From: Macrostomum lignano
Taxonomy: Eukaryota
NCBI GenBank assembly: GCA_002269645.1
Contig: NIVC01000542.1
Location: 186,001-250,000 of the forward strand
Reading direction: 5' to 3'
DNA length: 64,000 nucleotides
Part shown: positions 57,001-64,000 of the stretch, in pieces
How the letters are laid out: each line of letters begins with the position of its first letter
How positions within the stretch are numbered: the first letter of the stretch is position 1
Notes under the pieces: model-generated
What the model saw: only the letters and a program-made list of their open reading frames with translations
What the model was told of the DNA's origin: nothing
Databases searched by the model: none
Translations under genes and position numbers: made by a program

Positions 57001-60000
57001 GGCCATTTGTAGGTCATTTCTGAGCCTGAGACATGGCGATATACTAGAAAAAAATTCTGCAGATTTTAAATATTATTTAGGGAAGTTAACCTAGGGAAGG
57101 TTTGGGAGGCACCAGCTGCAGTAGGAGGAGTTCTGAATTCAGAGGTGTCAGTAGCAGGAGACACCAGCTACAGCAGAGGTGTCAGTAGCAGGAAGCACCA
57201 GCTACAGCAGAGGTGTCAGTAGCAGGAAAGCGCTATTAAAAGACGCCAGCTAGAGGAGAGGAGAGCAGGTTTCGCAGAAAAAAGCCAGGTGACAAAGAAG
57301 CGACCAGGCAAGCCCCGCTCACATTGGAGAGAAACTGCAGCGCGTCGGCCTTGTCGCAGTCCATGCCGCGGGTCACGAGCCGCAGGCTGAGCCCGGACTC
57401 ACGCAGGTGGCACAGCGCCTGGCGGTACAGCGCTGTTACGCTGCTGGCGCCATCGGCCTCGGCGAGCTCCGAGCTGGCGTTGGCGGACTGGCGGACGGCG
57501 CTGACATTGCACGGCTGCACCTCCCTGATGGTCCTGTACGCGGCGTCCAGCACCGTCCGGTCCGTCAGCTTGGGGCCGCTGGGCCACAGCAGCGCCAGTG
57601 TCAGCGGCAGCGAGCTGTTGCTCATGTGGCGGAGGCCCCAAGGCGCTGGCAGCTGCCGGAGCGAGTTGGCGAGCCACCTGGAGTTTGGGGTACGGGGTTA
57701 AGCTGGGCGGGTCTGGTAGGACGTCTGAAGAATGACAAACGAATGACTTGGAACCTTTAAAAAATTCCAGATAACCATCTATAAGTATGACCCTCCGATA
57801 AGTCTCAATGACCCTCCAATGAGTTTTTATATGACCCTCCAATGAGTCTATGACCCTTAGACGAGTTCCTATATGATCTTCCGATGAGTCTCTATGACCC
57901 TCCGATGAGTTTTTATATGACCCTCCAATGAGTCTCTATGATCTTCCGATGAGTCTCTATGACCCTCCAATGAGTCTCTATGATCTTCCGATGAGTCTCT
58001 ATGACCCTCCAATGAGTCTCTATGATCCTCCGATGAGTCTCTATGACCCTCCCATGAGTCTCTATGATCCTCCAATGAGTCTTTATGATACTCCGATGAG
58101 TCTCCATGTTCCTCCGATGAGTCTCTATGATCCTCCAATGAGTCTCTATGACCCTCCAATGAGTCTCTATGATCTTACAATGAGTCTCTATGACCCTCCA
58201 ATGAGTCTCTATGATCCTCCAATGAGTCTCTATGACCCTCCGATGAGTCTCTATGATCATAGAATTAGTCTCTATGACCCTCCGATGAATAGAATGAGTC
58301 TCTATGACCCTCCGATGAGTCTCTATGATCATAGAATGAGTCTCTATGATCCTCCGATGAGTCTCTATGATCCTCCGATGAGTCTCTATGACCCTCCAAT
58401 GAGTCTCTATGATCTTACAATGAGTCTCTATGACCCTCCAATGAGCCTCTATGATCCTCCGATGAGTCTCTATGACCCTCCGATGAGTCTCTATGACCTT
58501 CCCATCACACGCATCTTTGTGAACAGCTCACCCGCAGAGGCCGTCCATCCGAGCGGGCAGAGAATCCGACAGGGCGAAGTCGCGCAGAAAGTCAGCGAGC
58601 TGCGGGTCGTAGGCCGCCAGGCGGGTGAGCATCAGCTTCTTCTGCTGCCGCCGGACTCCCGAGACGTGCGCGTAGCCGCCGACCGAGACGCTGGCGAAGT
58701 CGCGAATGTCGTTGGCGCTGCCGCAATTCTGGGCCATCATGGACACGATGGGGAAGCCGGCCTGGGACTCGGCCTTCTCACCGAAGTGATTGAGTGCGCA
58801 GTCCCTGTGCTCAGGAGCAGCGTAGAAATACCTGTGGGTGTTGATCACAAGTGAGCAGCTATAAACTCTAATATTACTAATTGAGACGTCACACTTGTCA
58901 CAACCTATCATGAAATGCTAAATTGAAGGCGCATCTTATCCGCCTTCCCAGCCGGGGGGACCGTATCTACACCAATGGGACTGTATCTACACCAAGGGGA
59001 CTGTATCTACACCAAGGGGACTGAATTTACACCAAGGGGACTGTATCTACACCAAGGGGATTGTATCTACACCAAGGGGACTGTATCTACACCAATGGGA
59101 CTGTATCTACACCAAGGGGACTGTATCTACACCAAGGGGACTGTATCTACACCAATGGGACTGTATCTACACCAAGGGGACTGTATCTACACCAATGGGA
59201 CTGTATCTACACCAAGGGGACTGTATCTACACCAAGGGGACTGTATTTACACCAATGGGACTGTATCTACACCAAGGGACCGTATCAACACCAATGGGAC
59301 TGTATCTACACCAATGGGACTGTATCTACACCAAGGGGATTGTATCTACACCAATGGGACTGTATCTACACCAAGGGGACTGTATCTACACCAAGGGGAT
59401 TGTATCTACACCAAGGGGATTGTATCTACACCAAGGGGACTGTATCTACACCAAGGGGATTGTATTTACACCAAGGGGACCGTATCTACACCAAGGGGAT
59501 TGTATCTACACCAAGGGACCGTATCAACACCAATGGGACTGTATCTACACCAATGGGACTGTATCTACACCAATGGGACTGTATCTACACCAAGGGGACT
59601 GTATCTACACCAATGGGACTGTATCTACACCAAGGGGACTGTATCTACACCAAGGGGATTGTATCTACACCAAGGGACCGTATCAACACCAATGGGACTG
59701 TATCTACACCAATGGGACTGTATCTACACCAAGGGGATTGTATCTACACCAATGGGACTGTATCTACACCAAAGGGGACTGTATCTACACCAAGGGGATT
59801 GTATCTACACCAAGGGGACTGTATCTACACCAAGGGGACTGTATCTACACCAATGGGACTGTATCTACACCAAGGGGACTGTATCTACACCAAGGGGACT
59901 GTATCTACACCAATGGGACTGTATCTACACCAAGGGGACTGTATCTACACCAAGGGGATTGTATCTACACCAAGGGGACCGTATCTACACCAAGGGGACT

Positions 60001-62128
60001 GTATCTACACCAATGGGACTGTATCTACACCAAGGGGATTGTATCTACACCAATGGGACTGTATCTACACCAAGGGGACTGTATCTACACCAATGGGACT
60101 GTATCTACACCAAGGGGACCGTATCTACACCAAGGGGACTGTATCTACACCAATGGGACTGTATCTACACCAAGGGGATTGTATCTACACCAATGGGACT
60201 GTATCTACACCAAGGGGACTGTATCTACACCAAGGGGATTGTATCTACACCAAGGGGACCGTATCTACACCAAGGGGACTGTATCTACACCAATGGGACT
60301 GTATCTACACCAAGGGGACCGTATCTACACCAATGGGACTGTATCTACACCAAGGGGACTGTATCTACACCAAGGGGATTGTATCTACACCAAGGGGACC
60401 GTATCTACACCAAGGGGACTGTATCTACACCAATGGGACTGTATCTACACCAAGGGGACTGTATCTACACCAATGGGACTGTATCTACACCAAGGGGACT
60501 GTATCTACACCAAGGGGACCGAATCTATACCTACCAAGGGGACCGGATCTACACCACGGGGACAGCATCTACACCAAGGGGACCGTATCTACACCGCGGG
60601 GACTGTATCTACACCAAGGGGACCGCATATCTACACCGCGGGGACTGTATCTACACCAAGGGGACCGCATATCTACACCAAGGGGACCGCATATCTACAC
60701 CAAGGGGACCGCATCTACACCAAGGGGACCGCATCTATACCTACCAAGGGGACCGGATCTACACCACGGGGACAGCATCTACACCAAGGGGACCGCATCT
60801 ACACCAAGGGGACCGCATCTATACCTACCAAGGGGACCGGATCTACACCACGGGGACAGCATCTACATCAAGGGGAACGCATCTATACCTACCAAGGGGA
60901 CCGCATCTATACCTACCAAGGGGACCGCATCTATACCTACCAAGGAGACCGCATCTATACCTACCAAGGGGACCGTATATCTACACCGGAGGGCCTCAGC
61001 AGCGAGTAGCAGCTCAACCCGGTCCGAGCACTTACGCCTGCGCATCCCGGAACAGAAAGCCGTAGTCAACATAGCTGTTGTCAACAGACAGCAGGTCGCT
61101 CAGCTTAATGACGCAAGCGTAGGGGTGCCGGCAGCTGTCAGAGCTGACCACTTCGGCATCCGGGTAGCGGAAAATCTCCCGCAGCAGCACCGCCAGGGCC
61201 TCGCCGCGCACCTCGTCGCCAGGCCCGACTGCCACGCTGATTGGATTTTGCGCATCGTCATGCGTAGCGTTGAAAAAATACCTCAGGCGGGACGACACGT
61301 CTGTGGATTGGGGAGCGGCAGAACGACTCGGATAGATTTGAGGGTATGAGATTAGTGGGGAGGCCTGTGCTTAGTGTGGAGAGCTGAGCAGTGGGGAGAG
61401 CTGAGCACAGTGGGGAGGGCTAAGCAGTGGAGAGGGCTGAGCAGTGAGTACAGTGGGAGAGGTGAGCAAGAGTACAGTGGGAGAGGTGAGCATGAGTACA
61501 GTGGGAAAGGTGAGCATGAGTACAGTGGGTAGGGCTGAGCAGTGAGTACAGTGGGGAGAGCTGAGCACAGTGGGGAGGGCTGAGCAATGAGTACAGTGGG
61601 GAGAGCTGAGCAATGAGTACAGTGGGAAAAGCTGAGCACAGTGGGGAGAGCTGAGCACAGTGGGTAGGGCTGAGCAGTGAGTACAGTGGGGAGAGCTGAG
61701 CACAGTGGGGAGGGCTGAGTACAGTGGGGAGAGCTGAGCACAGTGGGGAGAGCTGAGCACAGTGGGGAGGGCTGAGTACAGTGGGGAGAGCTGAGCACAG
61801 TGGGGAGGGCTGAGCAGTGGGGGCTGAGCAGTGGGGGCTGAGCAGTGGGTGCTGAGCAGTGGGGGCTGAGCAGTGGGGGCTGAGCAGTGGGGGCTGAGCA
61901 GAGTGGGGGGTAGCTGAGTTCAGTAAAGACAGTAGAATCATGAGCTACAACGGTGAATGAGTGAACAAAACACAGACAGGGGGCAGTAGGGACTCATTAG
62001 CATTGCTCACACTGTGCAATTTGCTCATCAGCAGACAAGTTGCAGTGGAGCGGCGCCCCCTCAGCAGGCAGTTGAGCCAGCAGAAGCAGCAGGCAGGACA
62101 GCAGGCGGGGGCGGGTCGGCGGCTGCAT
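51092..62128 (-). CDS. VKR: Venus kinase receptor: signal peptide, extra N-terminal region, Venus flytrap (ANF-receptor/GABA-B type) module, TM helix and insulin-receptor-like tyrosine kinase. Exons 62128-62011, 61300-61036, 58831-58532, 57677-57323, 56982-56581, 56064-55558, 54687-54190, 53507-53055, 52702-52215, 51302-51092; about 1198 aa
   Basis: Signal peptide [20 protein letters not shown]; VFT motifs [14 protein letters not shown] and [16 protein letters not shown]; [26 protein letters not shown]; kinase [25 protein letters not shown]...[17 protein letters not shown]. Ten exons total 3597 nt with compatible phases. VFT plus TM plus tyrosine kinase is the defining VKR architecture. Confidence 0.9.
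51400..51740. repeat. Intronic minisatellite, 24 bp unit AGTCAGTGAGAGTTGGTGAATAAG
   Basis: Tandem array in the last VKR intron. Confidence 0.93.
51740..52211. repeat. Intronic minisatellite, 23 bp unit CCGTGGGTCAGTAGTGAGCAAAT, starting 3 nt inside the donor
   Basis: Near-perfect tandem array of about 20 copies. Confidence 0.96.
53690..54110. repeat. Degenerate GGTGTCCGGG-core repeat in VKR intron 7
   Basis: Imperfect tandem units. Confidence 0.75.
54830..55480. repeat. G-rich GGGTTGGGTGTCCGGGTG minisatellite split by a SINE insertion
   Basis: Units at 54830-55045 and 55408-55480. Confidence 0.85.
55046..55407 (+). mobile_element. tRNA-derived SINE (362 bp)
   Basis: GGGGGCC start; A box TAGCCTAGCGG (55054-55064); B box GGCTCGATTCC (55097-55107); 3' stem GGTTGTGTGC/GCACACAACC (55343-55388); A8 tail; flanking direct repeat TGGGTGTCCGGGTG (55032-55045 and 55408-55421). 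Confidence 0.85.
57790..58500. repeat. Intronic minisatellite, 21 bp unit GAGTCTCTATGACCCTCCGAT
   Basis: Tandem array in VKR intron 3. Confidence 0.95.
58960..60985. repeat. Intronic minisatellite, 20 bp unit GTATCTACACCAA(G/T)GGGA(C/T)T, diverging toward the right
   Basis: Tandem array in VKR intron 2; explains the 600-760 aa ORFs. Confidence 0.96.
61345..61915. repeat. Intronic minisatellite, about 22 bp unit (GTACAGTGGGGAGAGCTGAGCA-type), with a shorter variant at the right end
   Basis: Tandem array in VKR intron 1. Confidence 0.9.
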
Positions 62129-62261
62129 GGCGGCTACGGCTGCATCGGGGTGGGCCGGACCTCGAGCTGCCAGCTGGCTGAAGCGAATGTAAGAATGGCA
62201 GTTAATTTGCCCGGCTGCTAACAATTATGAAAACTGATGACTTTTGAAGTTGGCCAGCCTT

Positions 62262-62680
62262 AAATCTCGGGACTCTGGACTCTAGGATCAGCAGACAGGA
62301 AATGAGGCAGCTTAAAATCTCGGGACTCTGGACTCTAGGATCAGCAGACAGGAAATGAGGCAGCTTAAAATCTCGGGACTGTTGACTCTGTGATCAGCAG
62401 ACAGGAAATGAGGCAGCTTAAAGTCTCGGGACTGCGGTCTCTGTGATCAGCAGACAGGAAATGAGGCAGCTTAAAATCTCGGGACTGCGGTCTCTGTGAT
62501 CAGCAGACAGGAAATGAGGCAGCTTAAAATCTCGAGACTGCGGACTCTGTGATCAGCAGACAGGAAATGAGGCAGCTTAAAGTCTCGGGACTGCGGTCTC
62601 TGTGATCAGCAGACAGGAAATGAGGCAGCTTAAAGTCTCGGGACTGCGGACTCTGAGATCAGCAGACAGGAAATGAGCGA
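62262..62680. repeat. Tandem repeat, 53 bp unit, about 8 copies, between the zinc-finger gene and VKR
   Basis: GCAGACAGG recurs at 62291, 62344 ... Confidence 0.94.
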
Positions 62681-63013
62681 ATCTCCGCAGCAGCTGACAG
62701 GCGGGCAGCTCTCGTAGGATCAACAGCACAACAGGCAGTCTGTGGTGCATTGCATTTTAACTGATTGATTTATTGAAAGCAAATCACTGACAAAGCAGTG
62801 CAAGAATGCCGAAAGTTCAGTACAAGAGAGATTAATTTGGAGTAAAAATACAATACTAATAGTTTAGTAAGCTTAGACAATTATAATTTCTTAGCCTTAA
62901 TTAATGCACAATTCTTAACATAGGGAAAGCTTATTGCAGAGCCGGAGATAACTACAGAAAATGCAGAGCCGATGCCAACACTACTGTGAGTAGTATTATA
63001 TATTATCGCTGCT

Positions 63014-64000
63014 CTAATCGGCTGGCCGAATTCGCTTGGCCGGCGGCGGCCTGGCGGCGGCTGCTGCTACCTCCGCCGGGCTGAGGCGCTTCAGGCGCAC
63101 CAAGCACGGCCGGGTGTGCGACCGCAGCAGGTGGCAGGTGAGCGGCAGCCCCACCTGGAAGGTCTCCGGACAGGCGATGCACCTGGGGCGGGCGGTAAGT
63201 AGTTGGAGATCGTAAACGAGCTCAGGACTTTACGTTGCATCTCTCTGGGGTTTGACTTTTCTTATTGATTATTTTCATTCTATTATCTATAAATACTCCC
63301 CACTAATCATTAACCATAGATGAGTGTTAATTCATATTTCATCATTCGAAGTAATTAAAAATGAAAATAATGAAAAGCGGACAAAGCTACACTAACAGCA
63401 GGCAAGCAGGAAGGCAGCCTCACCTCTCTTTGTCAGTTGCGTGAGCAGAGAGCAGGTGCGCCACCCAGGCCTCCTTGCTGGGCAGCAGCGAGCCGTCCCT
63501 GGGGCAGCGATGGCAGCGGTAGCCGTGGCCCGAGGTCAGCATGTGGTCGCGCAGCTGCAGCTCAGTGGCAAAGCACCGGCTACAGGCTGGGCAGTCGTGC
63601 GGCGCCCGGCCCGCGCCAGGCCGCGGCGCGAAGGACACGGCGCTGGAGCCGAGGGAGACGATTAGGCCGTGGGCGGAGGCCAGATGGCGGAGCAGCTGCC
63701 CGGCGGCGCCAGCGGAAGCCACACAGAGCGGACAGACGCCGCGGTTGATGAGAGAGCGCAGCTCGCGCGGGTGCCGCTCGGCCAGGTGGCCCAGCAGGTG
63801 ATGGCGCGCCAAGTCGAAGGGCCGCTGGCAGAAGGCGCAGACCCGGCCGATGGGGCAGCCGCCGCCAGCCGACCGATGAGCCCGGAGGCCGCGTCGGGTG
63901 ACGAAGCCGCGGCCGCAGTCCGGACAGGCGGAGCCGCAGCCGGCGGTGATGGCGGCGGCCACCCGCGCCTGCAGCTGCGGCGACTGCTCGGCGCTGCCTC
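63014..64000 (-). CDS. C2H2-type zinc-finger protein, 5'-partial. Exons >64000-63424 and 63182-63014
   Basis: Repeated CxxC...HxxxH units (CAFCQRPFDLARHHLLGHLAERH, CPLC...HLASAH, CPACSRCF...HMLTSGH, CIACPETF...HLLRSH); phase-2 junction AG|GTGAGG ... CCCCAG|G; stop at 63014-63016. Confidence 0.85.

Noticed and set aside
58975-61349. ORFs of 604-762 aa ([19 protein letters not shown] repeats)
   Set aside because: Translation of a 20-bp intronic array antisense to VKR.
4235-63801. Numerous antisense or off-frame ORFs over GC-rich exons (e.g. 21030-21884+, 29615-30094+, 55513-56097+)
   Set aside because: Shadow ORFs expected from high GC3 coding sequence; they have no domains or splice support.

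Overview
Eukaryotic (metazoan) genomic DNA with GC-rich spliced exons and introns inflated by private minisatellites. It resembles a free-living flatworm such as Macrostomum, but that is an inference from genome style, not a verified identification. Seven intron-containing genes can be reconstructed with phase-consistent GT-AG junctions: a DH-PH RhoGEF (+, 5' end not located), a low-complexity protein with a CRACD/KIAA1211-like motif (-), KANSL1-like (-), NDUFA12 (+), DNAJC2/zuotin (-), a Venus kinase receptor (-, 10 exons, about 1198 aa) and a C2H2 zinc-finger gene (-, runs off the right edge). Mobile DNA includes an intact Ty3/Gypsy (Mag-like) LTR retrotransposon with identical 212-bp LTRs, a tRNA-derived SINE, a deleted mariner and two MITE-like elements. 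The most notable observations are: (1) minisatellites whose units look like whole GT...CTGAC...CAG mini-introns, in register with real or putative splice sites; (2) an 8.6-kb AT-rich block containing an AT-codon NDUFA12 exon 1 joined to a GC-codon exon 2; (3) a 64-bp 28S rRNA fragment scrambled exactly at the R2/I-PpoI target site; (4) operon-like spacing between co-oriented genes. All coordinates and counts were read by eye, and repeat edges are approximate.
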